Origin: an uncultured Eubacteriales bacterium
Lineage (GTDB): Bacteria; Bacillota; Clostridia; Christensenellales; DTU072
Length of the DNA: 64,000 bases
Direction: 5' to 3'
Assembly: GCA_949292905.1 (NCBI GenBank)
Contig: CASFAV010000008.1
Span: forward strand, 41,332-105,331
The notes below the pieces were generated by a model, which was given only the letters and a program-made list of their open reading frames with translations, searched no databases and was not told where the DNA came from. A program made the position numbers and the translations under genes. This document shows positions 40,309-54,600 of this stretch, piece after piece (within the stretch, counting starts at the first letter, position 1; each line of letters begins with the position of its first letter).

Positions 40309-40737
40309 ATGAACAAAGTTATTCTGATAGGCAATCTTACCAAAGATCCCGAGCAGCAGTACACCGCGAACAATATATGCGTATGCAGATTCACGGTAGC
40401 GGTCAACCGTTCCTACAGCAGCAGCGACGGTTCCCGCCAGACCGATTTTCTGCCCGTGGTATGTTGGCGCAACCAGGCGGAAAACTGCGCGAAGCACCTC
40501 AAGAAAGGAAGTAAGGTAGGCATCTGCGGATCCGTACAGACGAGGACGTACGACGACAGAGACGGCGTCAAGAGGTACGTAACCGAGATAATAGCCGACG
40601 AAGTCCAGTTCCTGTCCACGAGAAGCGACGACGAACGCGACGCGCTTCCGGACATACCCGAGGTAACTTCGCAGAGGAAACCGCGCATGGAAGACGCACG
40701 TCCCGTGGAAGTGAGCGACGACGATCTTCCTTTCTGA
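40309..40737 (+). CDS. ssb: Single-stranded DNA-binding protein
   Basis: MNKVILIGNLTKDPE, FTVAVNR, C-terminal DDDLPF. Confidence 0.99.
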   Translation: MNKVILIGNLTKDPEQQYTANNICVCRFTVAVNRSYSSSDGSRQTDFLPVVCWRNQAENCAKHLKKGSKVGICGSVQTRTYDDRDGVKRYVTEIIADEVQFLSTRSDDERDALPDIPEVTSQRKPRMEDARPVEVSDDDLPF

Positions 40738-40761
40738 TAACGAATAAAGGAGAAATCGAAT

Positions 40762-41064
40762 ATGGCAGTCAAAGAAGGAGTAAAAGCAAGACCTTTGGGC
40801 GGCAAGCGTCCCCCGAAGAAGAAGGTATGTCCTTTCTGCGTGAACAAAGTGGAAGAGATCGACTATATCGCGCTCGCGAAGGAGATGGAGAAGTCTTCCG
40901 AACGCAGCTTCAAGGACGGCGAGAAGCGCACCCGTTACATCACCGAGAAGGGCAAGATCCTTCCTCGCAGGATGAGCGGCGTATGCGTCAAGCACCAGCG
41001 CGCGCTTTCGCAGGCGATCAAACGCGCCCGTTTCATGGCGCTTCTGCCCTACAAAGCGGACTGA
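40762..41064 (+). CDS. rpsR: 30S ribosomal protein S18 (zinc-binding type)
   Basis: [37 protein letters not shown]. Confidence 0.97.
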   Translation: MAVKEGVKARPLGGKRPPKKKVCPFCVNKVEEIDYIALAKEMEKSSERSFKDGEKRTRYITEKGKILPRRMSGVCVKHQRALSQAIKRARFMALLPYKAD

Positions 41065-41087
41065 TCCGACGCACGACAATCAATCCC

Positions 41088-41114
41088 AAACGCCCCGCAA
41101 GACGGGGCGTTTTT
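41088..41114 (+). terminator. Terminator after rpsR
   Basis: AAACGCCCCG-CAAGA-CGGGGCGTTTTT. Confidence 0.85.
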
Positions 41115-41215
41115 ACGTAGTTACAATATAAATTCAAACAATGCGTATGCAATGAAACGGTATTGAAAAAGAACGCAAAAAGAGTTAAAATATATAAAAA
41201 CACAAGGGCAAAAAT

Positions 41216-42409
41216 ATGAGCGAGTTTTGTTTCAGAGCGGTCGGACAAGGTTTATTTTATACGGGTTCGCTGTATAACGGGGCGTTCAATTTCGTATACG
41301 ATTGCGGCAGCGAAAGCGGAGAGCGCTATTTGAATAACGCTATTGACGAATATCTGTCGGAATTGAAGGAAAGGCACGGAAAAGCCGAGATAGATTTTGT
41401 TATGATATCGCATCTGCATTGGGATCATTTCAGCGGCATACATAAACTCGCGCGCGAAGCGAGAATCAAAAAGATCTATTTACCGTATATTGCGGATAAC
41501 CCCGATATAATTAAGGTTATTTTGTTTCACGAAATATTTATACGAGACGGCGCAACCCCAAAAAACATAGAGTGGGCGCAAGAAGTCTATGATTTCATGT
41601 TCAATTTATACGTAAGAAATAACGGGGAAAACGAATTCAGACCAGAAAAAGCACTACAAACAGACAATTTATATGGGACGCCGGAAGTAGTGTTGACGAA
41701 ACAACATATAAGGTTCTCGGTTGACGGCTTTGCGAAAAATGATTGGAATGGTGTCGGCGGGTGGGTTTTCGAGGTGTTTTACGAGACGGCGAAAAAGGCA
41801 GATATAAAAAGGCTGAATGAAGAATGCGGTGCGTTGTTGTCGACACATGGGGCAGATAATATAGAAGAATTAGTGAGCAATAACGGAGCCGCGGCGTTGA
41901 AAGCACTGGCGGACATGTATAAAAACATTTTCAAAGGCGGTAATAAAATAAACGAAACCTCGTTGGTTTTATTACATTATCCGAGCGAAACGGGGACAAC
42001 ATTATATCAGAACAGCCGCGCGAACAGAAAGACTTTATTGACGGGCGACGCGCTTATAAAAGGGGATTTGTCGGAAAAAGTAAGAGGCACAAAGGTTGCG
42101 GTGTTGCAAGTCCCGCACCACGGTTCGTTAAGGAATTGGCAATCGACGAGCCGAAGCAACATAAGCGCGCAAACGTATGTGTTAAATTTCGGTTTGGGGA
42201 ATAAGTATAAGCATCCGAGTTATGCCACGGTTGAAGGAATAATCGAAAAGGGCGGTAAAATATATTGCGTAACGCAGGTTCAAAAATATATTTACAAAAT
42301 AAAAGACGGAAGCTACTTCGGCAGAAAGAAAATAGCATTAACCGAACAAAGGAATTGGCGGGGAACGTCTCACAAGAGCAACATTTTAACAATCGCAGAC
42401 GTCATGTGA
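41216..42409 (+). CDS. ComEC/Rec2-like MBL-fold metallo-hydrolase, stand-alone
   Basis: VGQGLFY, YDCGS, ISHLHWDHFSG, LLTGD, QVPHHGS, HP; visibly AT-richer than its neighbours. Confidence 0.88.
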   Translation: MSEFCFRAVGQGLFYTGSLYNGAFNFVYDCGSESGERYLNNAIDEYLSELKERHGKAEIDFVMISHLHWDHFSGIHKLAREARIKKIYLPYIADNPDIIKVILFHEIFIRDGATPKNIEWAQEVYDFMFNLYVRNNGENEFRPEKALQTDNLYGTPEVVLTKQHIRFSVDGFAKNDWNGVGGWVFEVFYETAKKADIKRLNEECGALLSTHGADNIEELVSNNGAAALKALADMYKNIFKGGNKINETSLVLLHYPSETGTTLYQNSRANRKTLLTGDALIKGDLSEKVRGTKVAVLQVPHHGSLRNWQSTSRSNISAQTYVLNFGLGNKYKHPSYATVEGIIEKGGKIYCVTQVQKYIYKIKDGSYFGRKKIALTEQRNWRGTSHKSNILTIADVM

Positions 42410-43189
42410 CCTAAAAGCGGCGTCAAAACATAAATTTCGACACCTTACCTTGATTAACGAATAGTCATTTAAGCGCAGTCGGCGCCCGCAACCAAGCAAG
42501 GGCTTGCGCCGCGCCTTGTGCGGCGATATACGGAGCGGAAGGGATATCGGAATTTATTACGGATATTCCTTCCGAAACGTATATGTCCGATAAATAGATT
42601 ATCGGGCACAAGCCCGCATACAGGAACGTATACTTATATTACCCTGCGTACTGCACCCTTGACAGGATACGAGGTACATATCCCCGACTTAAAGTATATA
42701 GCGACCTATGGTAGCTCCGCGGCAAAGATTTTGCGATGATTCCGCTCAAAGTTCCGACGGGAACGCAGGTATTGCGCCCGCCTACCGGACGGGCGCACCA
42801 TCAGGTTGCGGCTACCTGACGGATAGCCGCGCCCTTAAACACCTTGCGGAAACGTCTTTTCGTCCACTTACGTCGGGAGTGTCGCTCAATGCAGTATTGC
42901 AATCTTCGCTCCTACCCTCGTAATTGAACGAAAATCCTGTTCCCTCAGGCGCAAAATGCGCTATATATGCAAATCGTTATTATGCGGATATTTAATTATA
43001 TTTGCCTTATTTAACGAAACGCCTTTTTAACGTAGTTGGCACCCGAGGGAGATATATTTTTGTCTGCTTCGAAGCGTAGGAGCGAAGAACTACGGTCTCG
43101 TGTCGAGCGACACTCGCAAGGAAGCAGGCGAAAAGATACTCCCGCAGGGTGTATACGGGCGCGCTCATCCGGTAGGTGAGCGCAACCTA

Positions 43190-43230
43190 AAAGAATAGCG
43201 TTCCTTGAAGTTGTCTCGGAACGCTATCTT
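43190..43230 (-). terminator. Probable terminator after PFOR
   Basis: AAGAATAGCGTTCC...GGAACGCTATCTT inverted repeat. Confidence 0.6.
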
Positions 43231-43271
43231 TATTATCGGTTAAATATTGCGCGAGAATTTAGCCCTCCGCG

Positions 43272-46796
<3,525 letters not shown>

Positions 46797-46925
46797 TTAG
46801 TATGGTTTAAGTTTGATTTGAATGATTTTCGGTTTAATATTTAATATACACCTTGTCCATTATAACTTCCGCGCGCGCGGAAGTCAACGAAATACGCGCG
46901 AATAGAGCCGTAAAAAGCTTGCGGC

Positions 46926-48593
46926 TCAGTCCTCTTCGGTGAAGGAGGGGTTGAGGGGCTCCGGCACGAGGTATTTGGGGTCTTTGCTTTCGGCGGATTT
47001 TATCGCGAAAACGATCGCGCAAGCCGCGCCCGCGACCAACCATATCGGCAAGAACGCCGCGAACAGGACTACCGCGCCGATGACGATGCCGGGCGCCTTG
47101 TTGCTGCGGAAAACGGGGAGTTTGACGCGCGGCGCGGGGGGATTTTCGGGATCGAGGGTGGCGGTATAGTCGTCGATGCCGTTATTGTAGAGCAGCGGTT
47201 CTATAAGCTCCGCCACCGTGGCGTAGCCGGTGATCTTCTTGAGGTTGACGCGGAAAAGGCGTATAAGTCCGTCGATTATCGAGATAGCGCCCATGATTAT
47301 GCGGTATTCGGGGGAGGCGGGGTCTATGTCGGCGTTGCCTGCGTAGAGGTTTTCTACCATTTTCATAATGACGGGAACGACTTTTTCTTTGGCTTTGTCG
47401 CCGAGTTCCTCTTTCGTGACGCCGCATTCCTTGCGGCAGAGCCTTCTCGCTTTGCCGAAAGTGAGGTTGTTTATGAATTTACCGAAGGGGCGTATGAGGA
47501 ACCAGAGCTTATGCACGGTATAGGGACGTATCGAAATGCCGTTTGCGAAATACGCGAAGGTCTTTTCGTCGGAGCCCATCGCGCGTATCATGTGTTCGAC
47601 GGTGCCGAAGAAGCCTTCCCGGCAATATTCGGGAAGGGATTTTCCCTTGAGATCGTAGCGCGATAGGGTGGTCAGGGTGACGGTCTCCACTTTGACGGTG
47701 CCGTCCTCGAAGAACTCCGCTTTGCGGAACTGCGGCGGGAAGCCGCAGAGAGCGGAAGTGGACACGTCGTAGACGGGCTTGCCGTTACGGGCGGTGACGA
47801 AGGAGATGTCGTGAACGTGGCTGTGCCCCGTGAATATCACGGAAACGCCGTATCCGGCGAGCTTTTCGGCAAAATCCCTGCCGTATGCGAGAAGGTCGTT
47901 TTTCCCTATGATGCCGAACATCGGCGAGGGGGCGATAAGCGGGTGATGGGTGGCGAAAAATATTTTTTTGCCGTCTGCTTCGGCGCGGGCGACTTCCTTG
48001 TCGATCCAAGGATAGAGGGAGTCGGGATAGCCGCGGGGCTGACCTTTTTTCGCGGTTTTGAAGTCGTCGTTCATCGCGAAAAGCCGCCAGTTGTCGTCGA
48101 GATCGTATGTATAAGAGAAGGTATAGTCGTCGACGGATACGGCGTCGTTTCTCCCGTACGGCGCGTAAAGCGCGCGCAGATCCTCTCTTTCGAGACAGGG
48201 GACGTTTCTTTCGGGTTCGCCTTTTTCGTTGTAGCCGGTGGCGTATCCGATGTATTCGGGCTTGCATTGATCTATGCCGAAGCCTCTGTCCTCTCTGTCT
48301 TTATAGTCGTGAGTGGAGGTGAAAGCGAGTATTTTAAGACCTTTAGCGGTGTATTCCTCGAGAATTTTGATAAGATCCTCGTGACTTACGATCTCGCCGT
48401 TTCGGGTGAGGTCGCCGGTCAGAAGCACGGTATGACATTCCTTGTCGGCGAGCACCGTGTCGAAGGCTTCGCGCAGGATCTCTTCCGATTCGCGGAATTG
48501 CATCTGGTCGTTGACGCGCGGAACGGAATAGGGATCGCACTTCCAGTTGCGCCTGGAGTAGTAATGCAGATCGGTCATTATGTAAAGTTTCAT
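46926..48593 (-). CDS. Calcineurin-like metallophosphoesterase with C-terminal TM
   Basis: MKLYIMTDLH, TGDLT, STHD (GNHD-equivalent), THHP, TGHSH; GGGAG RBS before ATG 48593. Confidence 0.88.
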   Translation of the reverse strand: MKLYIMTDLHYYSRRNWKCDPYSVPRVNDQMQFRESEEILREAFDTVLADKECHTVLLTGDLTRNGEIVSHEDLIKILEEYTAKGLKILAFTSTHDYKDREDRGFGIDQCKPEYIGYATGYNEKGEPERNVPCLEREDLRALYAPYGRNDAVSVDDYTFSYTYDLDDNWRLFAMNDDFKTAKKGQPRGYPDSLYPWIDKEVARAEADGKKIFFATHHPLIAPSPMFGIIGKNDLLAYGRDFAEKLAGYGVSVIFTGHSHVHDISFVTARNGKPVYDVSTSALCGFPPQFRKAEFFEDGTVKVETVTLTTLSRYDLKGKSLPEYCREGFFGTVEHMIRAMGSDEKTFAYFANGISIRPYTVHKLWFLIRPFGKFINNLTFGKARRLCRKECGVTKEELGDKAKEKVVPVIMKMVENLYAGNADIDPASPEYRIIMGAISIIDGLIRLFRVNLKKITGYATVAELIEPLLYNNGIDDYTATLDPENPPAPRVKLPVFRSNKAPGIVIGAVVLFAAFLPIWLVAGAACAIVFAIKSAESKDPKYLVPEPLNPSFTEED

Positions 48594-48740
48594 AAACGCC
48601 CTCCCGTAAATTTTGCGGTCAAACCGCATTATTTTATATAATATCATATCTTTCGCGCGCGCACAAGAGAAATTCGCTTTACAAATCGGCGAAAAAGTTA
48701 TAATATAAAATAAGAAATCGTTTTTAGGAGGACCGCGCAG

Positions 48741-49709
48741 ATGAATGTAGGCGGCATAATCGGCGTAGTGATCGCCAGTTTGATAGTTGCATGTGCGGTG
48801 ATAGTGGGGGTATTCTTTTTGCTCGGGTACGTAACGTTCGCGAGTTTCATTCGTCGTCGCAACAACGACAACGATTTGAGTAAGGCGCCCATATTTGCGG
48901 CTTTGGGACCCGATTTTGCGAAATACAGGGAATTTGTCCAAGGGAAAGCCGAAGAGTTCGAGAAGGTGCCTTTCGAGTGGGTGAGCGTGAAGTCGAAAGA
49001 CGGGCTGAAGCTTTCGGGAAGGTATTACGCGCAGGAAGGCGCCGAAGCCACCGTGATATGCATGCCCGGTTTCGGACCGTCCGCGTATATCGATTGCGGG
49101 CAGTTCGGTAATTACTGGAGAGCCAAGGGCTTCAATCTGCTTTTGGTGACCAACCGCGCGAGAGGGGAGTCCGAGGGACAGTATCTCGGCTTCGGCACCC
49201 TCGAAGCGGAGGACCTCAAGGTGTGGGTAGCCGCAGTGGTAGCCAAAAATCCGGAAGCGAAAATATTCATACACGGCTGTTCCGCGGGCGCTACCGCCGC
49301 GATGCTCGCCTCGGCGAAAGATCTTCCCGGCAACGTCAAAGGCATAATCGAGGATTCGGGCTATACCCGCACATGGGACATATTCGTATATCAGATAAAG
49401 CAGATATACAAGCTCGCCCCCTTCCCGATACTGCACATAGCGGAGCTTTTCACGAAAAAGAAAGCGAAATACAATTTCCGCGCGAGCGCGGTGAAAGCCG
49501 TCGCGATGTCGAGCGTGCCGATACTTTTCATACACGGAGCAAGCGATAAGCTCGCGCCCACGTATATGTGCAACGCGTTGCACGCGGCGTGCACGGCGCC
49601 GAAGGATATCCTCGTGGTGGAAGGCGCGGGGCACATGCAGTCGTATATGCGCGCGACGGAAGCCTACGAAGCCAAGCTCGACGAATTCGTGGAAAAGAAT
49701 CTGCATTGA
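48741..49709 (+). CDS. Alpha/beta hydrolase with N-terminal TM (YqkD-like)
   Basis: DGLKLSG, HGCSAG nucleophile elbow, EDSGYT, PILFIHG..D, GAGH. Confidence 0.92.
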   Translation: MNVGGIIGVVIASLIVACAVIVGVFFLLGYVTFASFIRRRNNDNDLSKAPIFAALGPDFAKYREFVQGKAEEFEKVPFEWVSVKSKDGLKLSGRYYAQEGAEATVICMPGFGPSAYIDCGQFGNYWRAKGFNLLLVTNRARGESEGQYLGFGTLEAEDLKVWVAAVVAKNPEAKIFIHGCSAGATAAMLASAKDLPGNVKGIIEDSGYTRTWDIFVYQIKQIYKLAPFPILHIAELFTKKKAKYNFRASAVKAVAMSSVPILFIHGASDKLAPTYMCNALHAACTAPKDILVVEGAGHMQSYMRATEAYEAKLDEFVEKNLH

Positions 49710-49852
49710 ATCGCGAGCCGAGCGAGACCGTTTCAAAACGAAGAACGCGCCGGAAGCGCGTTCTTTTATTTTTATATTTTGTTTCGGGGCGCTCTTGCGG
49801 GCGCGCCGCGCCCGCAAGAGCGGCGTTGTTGAACGCCGCCCGTTTCCGATGA

Positions 49853-51292
49853 TTATTGAGCCACGGTCACGTTGACGGTCTCGGAATTTTCGCCGAGATC
49901 GAGCCCGCCCGATATCGTGACGGGTTTGTCGCCCAGACCTATAAGCGTGACGTTATCGACGCTCATCGGCTTCGAAAGCTCGTAAGAGCCGGGCGCAAGT
50001 TCCACGGTGATACCGTCGGGATGCGCGTAGGAGAGCACGCTTTCGAGAGACGCCGCGTTCATCGAGTAAGCGTACAGATATACGTTATATCCGCCCGCCG
50101 AATAGTCGGAATAAATATAGCACTCGCTGCAGTCGGTAAAGCGCGAAGAGTCTATTATCTCCCTCGCGTCGACGCTAACTTTCACCGAAGCGCTCGCGCC
50201 GGCGGTGTTCTGCGCGTTGTAGGGGAAAGCGAGTCCCGCAACAACGTTCACCGCAACCGAAGACCAGTTCTCGTTCTCGTAGCCGTAGCCCGTAAAGGAG
50301 TTGTCGCGGATAACGACGGCGCTCCCTTCGTCGGTACCGGCGTAGAGTATGAGACCGTTGGCTATCGCCTGAGTCGCGTCGAGAGCGTCCTCGGCGGGAG
50401 CCACGAATTCGTTGTGCTCGACGGTCACCTTGTTGGATACCGCGGTAAGTCCGTTACGGTGTGCCGTAACAGAGTCTCCGGTTACCCAACCGCGATTGTT
50501 TATGCGAAGTCCTCTGACGGTGACGTTGTCGGCGTCCACGAATACCGAGCCGTAAATAACGGGTTTTTCTTCGCCTGTGCCGACGAGTTTAACGCCCTTC
50601 GTAACGCGGAATATCGTGTAGCCCGAAGCGCGGTCCGCAGAGCCTATCGTGCCGCTTATCGCTATAGCGGAGCCTTCCTCGGCTTCCTCCAAAGCGGCGG
50701 TAAGCTCGGCGGCGTTCTTGACGGTGACGGCGGGTTCCGTGACGGAAATTTGCACGGTAGCCGTTTTGCCCTGATAACTAACGGTCACCTCGCCGGTATC
50801 GGCGGACAACGTCGCGGGTTCTACGGTGTAATCCGTTATCGCGGCGCGCGTGCCGTCGTTATATACCGCTTCCACCTCCATTCCGTACGCGTAGAATCTT
50901 TCGCCCGCCACGTATTCGGTGGTAGCGGGTTTGGTCTTCACGTTCACCGACGTAAGCGATTTCTCCACGACGGTGAGAGTTATCTCCGTCGTTACGGTCT
51001 TTTCGCCTTCGGTGTAGGTCACGGTTACTTTCTGCTCGCCGAGTTTCTGATTGTCGAAGCCCGTGAGCATTTCGCGAGTGATCTCTATTTCGCGCGTAGA
51101 GCCGTCTTTGTAGGTCGCGACGAGCTTTTTACCGTTAAGGTCGGGCTCGGTGCCTTTGACGACGGGCGCGAACTGTGTCCCTTCCGCGAGCGCTATGCTT
51201 TCGAGCGAATCCTTGTCGTTACAAGCTACGACTAGAGCCGCTATTGCCACGCACAGCACCGCGATGAGAACTATTGTCAGCTTCCTTTTCAT
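49853..51292 (-). CDS. Lipoprotein with two bacterial Ig-like domains and a beta-helix domain
   Basis: Lipobox VVAC; TYKDGS...GFD...GEQKVTVTY and KP..TEY.AGE.F...GM Ig-like signatures; C-terminal pectin-lyase-like repeats; GGAGG RBS. Confidence 0.85.
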   Translation of the reverse strand: MKRKLTIVLIAVLCVAIAALVVACNDKDSLESIALAEGTQFAPVVKGTEPDLNGKKLVATYKDGSTREIEITREMLTGFDNQKLGEQKVTVTYTEGEKTVTTEITLTVVEKSLTSVNVKTKPATTEYVAGERFYAYGMEVEAVYNDGTRAAITDYTVEPATLSADTGEVTVSYQGKTATVQISVTEPAVTVKNAAELTAALEEAEEGSAIAISGTIGSADRASGYTIFRVTKGVKLVGTGEEKPVIYGSVFVDADNVTVRGLRINNRGWVTGDSVTAHRNGLTAVSNKVTVEHNEFVAPAEDALDATQAIANGLILYAGTDEGSAVVIRDNSFTGYGYENENWSSVAVNVVAGLAFPYNAQNTAGASASVKVSVDAREIIDSSRFTDCSECYIYSDYSAGGYNVYLYAYSMNAASLESVLSYAHPDGITVELAPGSYELSKPMSVDNVTLIGLGDKPVTISGGLDLGENSETVNVTVAQ

Positions 51293-51674
51293 ATTTACCT
51301 CCTTGAAAAGTTTTCGTTTGTAAATAATTTGCGCACGACTGCGGTTTTTATACGGAAAGGCTTGAACGGCGGCGGGGGGATAGCGGTCAAACGCACGGAA
51401 AGCGCCGCCTTTGAAAAAAATTATAGTAAAATATGCGTTTCGGGGCGTTATTCGCGAATAGTAAATATTGACTTCCGCCCGCGCGCGATGATAAGATATT
51501 ATATATCGCGCAGAGCGCGCGCGTTCAATAAGCGTTCATATCGTCGTATCGGGAGATACGGTCGCGGTGAAACGTACGGAAGTTTCCACGCGCGGGAGCG
51601 CGGGATTACAATAAATCAAATAAACATAGATCCTAAACATCGTCCGCGCCCCGATCGGGGCAAGGGAGGAATAT

Positions 51675-54600
51675 ATGTCTAATACCGGTAAATCTTATGG
51701 AAAGAAGATTGTTTTTGCGGTAATAACGCTTGCGCTGCTGTGTTATCTGGCGTTAGCGGCGAATGTAGTTGCGCCGATAAATGAAAGAGAGACGGCATTA
51801 GCGGCGGCTACGGACGGCATAGTACACGGAGCGGTATCGTCTCAGACGACGTCCGGAACGGCTATTGCAAACAGTACGGATTTTTATAACAACATAATCA
51901 ACGGAGCGCAGAACGGAACTTATTATCTTACGAGCGACTTTACTCTCGACGGATCGCATATGTTCGGACATACATCCACCTTCAGCGGAACGCTGTACGG
52001 CAACGGACATACGATCACCGTGTTATCGGGATACAATGCGGCGCGCAAAACCGAAAAAAACGGAATATTGTTTTCACAGGTGTCGGGAACAGTACGCGAT
52101 CTTACGGTTGTATTAGGTAACGGCGGAAGCACGGCACAGCGTATCGATATCGGTGACGGTAATACGGGATATTATGGAGTTATTACAGGCGCGCTTGCCG
52201 GAGGAATTATAAGCAATTGTCGCGTAGTGATACAATCCAACGTCGTTTTCCATGCGGCAACACAATCGAGCGGAACTCAAAACGTAGGGATCGGCGGTAT
52301 TGCCGGTGAAGTGTGGAACTCCGCATCAAAAATTCTTAACTGTACCGTAGAAAATTACGGCGCGATAGATTGTACGACTTATTCCGGCAGTTATACTTCT
52401 TATAACGGCCGCTCGGGGTACGCGGGTCATATCGCGGGTATATTTTGGCTCTCCGGTTCGGACACGGCGACGCTTCAAAATTTAATCGTGCGCGGTAACG
52501 GAAGAATACACGCCAACGGCGTAGGCGTGGTGGGATGCGGATCGAACGGAGGGTATAACGACTTAGATATAACAAATTATCTGAACGATTTTTCCGGATC
52601 ATACGAATATAACGGAGCGGGTGCCGCGTGGGCTTCGGACGCTATATTCTTCTATTCCAGCGGTAGCAATAGGACTATTTACAATTATTACAGCACTTCG
52701 GGCGCGACGTCGACGTCGTGGTCGTACTCGACCGACGCCGCCGAAAGCGGCAGGCTGACGCTATCTTCCGGATACAACATATATTTCGACGCTACATCCG
52801 ACGTAAACAATGCCGTAGCGTTCGTATATAACGGTTCGTATGATGTGATAACAAAAAAACTGTATTTTCAACCGGCTAACAGTTCAACGAAATATTATCC
52901 CGCGTATAGAGACGGAAATACAGAGGTATTTAAGGGGCTTCCTTCGGCGACAAGCACCTACAGCGCCACTCTCGGCACGTTCGCGTTCGATACGGTAGAG
53001 CCGCCGGTGGGCACACTGAACAAATGGGAAAGCGGATACGTTTCTGAGAGTTATTCACCATCAGGAGAACCGGAAAATTCAGAGTCGGGACTTTACGACG
53101 CGATAAGTAACAACAGGAACTGCCATCTCACTTCGGATATCAATATTACGGGCTTCCGCACGTTAAGTTATTCCGGTACACTCGACGGCAACGGACATAC
53201 GATCTATATTACTGTGTGTAACGAAAACTCCGCGGAAACCGTGGGCGGTCTTTTCGGCACGCTTACCGGAACCGTCAAAAATTTGAGAGTGGTCCTCTAC
53301 GTCGATTATACGCGGACCGCGACAAGCAATAAATTGGGCACGGGCATTATTGCCGGAAAACTCGGCGGAACCGTTGACAACGTATACGTTTACATACCGA
53401 GTAACGTGACTTTCGGAGCGACAGGCAGTCAGGAAGGTTATGTCGGAGCGGTCGCCGGAGTCGCCGACGGCACGTCGTATACTATAAAAAATACGACCGT
53501 GGATATCGACGGAAAAATACACCTCGACGGTTCTTGGGTTTATATGGCGGGCTTCGTGGGCAAGAGCGCGACGGGTTCTTCCGCGGTAACCGCGACGTAC
53601 ACCAACAATATCCTTAAGGGCGACGGCAGTTATTCGAGTAATACGAGCAACGGTACGGAGCCGATATATCTTGCCGCCACAACGGTATTATTCCAAGCGG
53701 GGACAGGCAATCCGCAGTCCACGATAAATATCGACGGATTTATCAACGCTTTTACAAGCGGTACGGCGAATTTGAACGATTATTCGATGTACGGCGTTCT
53801 GACGAAGAACGACAACGGTAATACGATGAGTAAATGGACGTACAACGTTTCGAACGTTTACGACTACGGCAGCCCGATGGAAGACGTCAATAACAAGGGA
53901 ATGACAACGGGCAATAACTATATCGATGTGTCCCAAAAAAGATCCACCGTGTCTACCGCGGTCGATTCTTATGCCATAGGCGTGACTCCTTATTTCCCGG
54001 CGGGGGATACGACGAATCTCGTGCTCGTCGCGGGCGACGGCACGGAAAGCGTTCCCAATCTCGTTTACGGCAATCATACGAGCGCAGCGGACGGGAACTA
54101 CAAAGTCGTTACGGTACCCAAGTCCGCTATTACCGCGCCTACGACCGTCACCCTTACGGAACCGATCACGCCTGCAACTCCTATAGCGGACCTCAACCAA
54201 TGGGAGCACGGTTACGTCGCCGATCCGATAACGGAGAACGAGATTCCGTCGGACTATGTCGGCGTTTCTTCGGCGAGCGGACTGAAAACGGCAATAGACA
54301 ACAATAGCAATATCGTGCTCACCTCGGATATCCTCAACTTCCGCGGCTTTACGCATACCGGCACCTATTCCGGCATTCTCGACGGCAACGGTCATACGAT
54401 ATATATCGTCAAAGCAAGCGCCGCAAGCGGGAACAATATCGGCGGGCTTTTCAGCACTTTGAGCGGAACGATCAAAAACGTCCGCATAGTCGTTATGGCA
54501 GGCGTTAATCTGCCGAGCTCAAGTTATGTGGGCGCGGTTGCGGGAGCGTTGAGCGGCGATGCGAAAGTAAATAACGTCAGCGCGATAATCAATTCCGGCG

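Noticed and set aside
43037-43056. tRNA 3'-end or attachment-site remnant (TGGCACCCGAGGGAGAT)
   Set aside because: No TTCGA T-loop or cloverleaf on either strand and no integrase nearby.
46926-49817. 963-aa metallophosphoesterase fusion
   Set aside because: The N-terminal extension is the antisense shadow of the alpha/beta hydrolase; the domain begins at ATG 48593 with its own SD.
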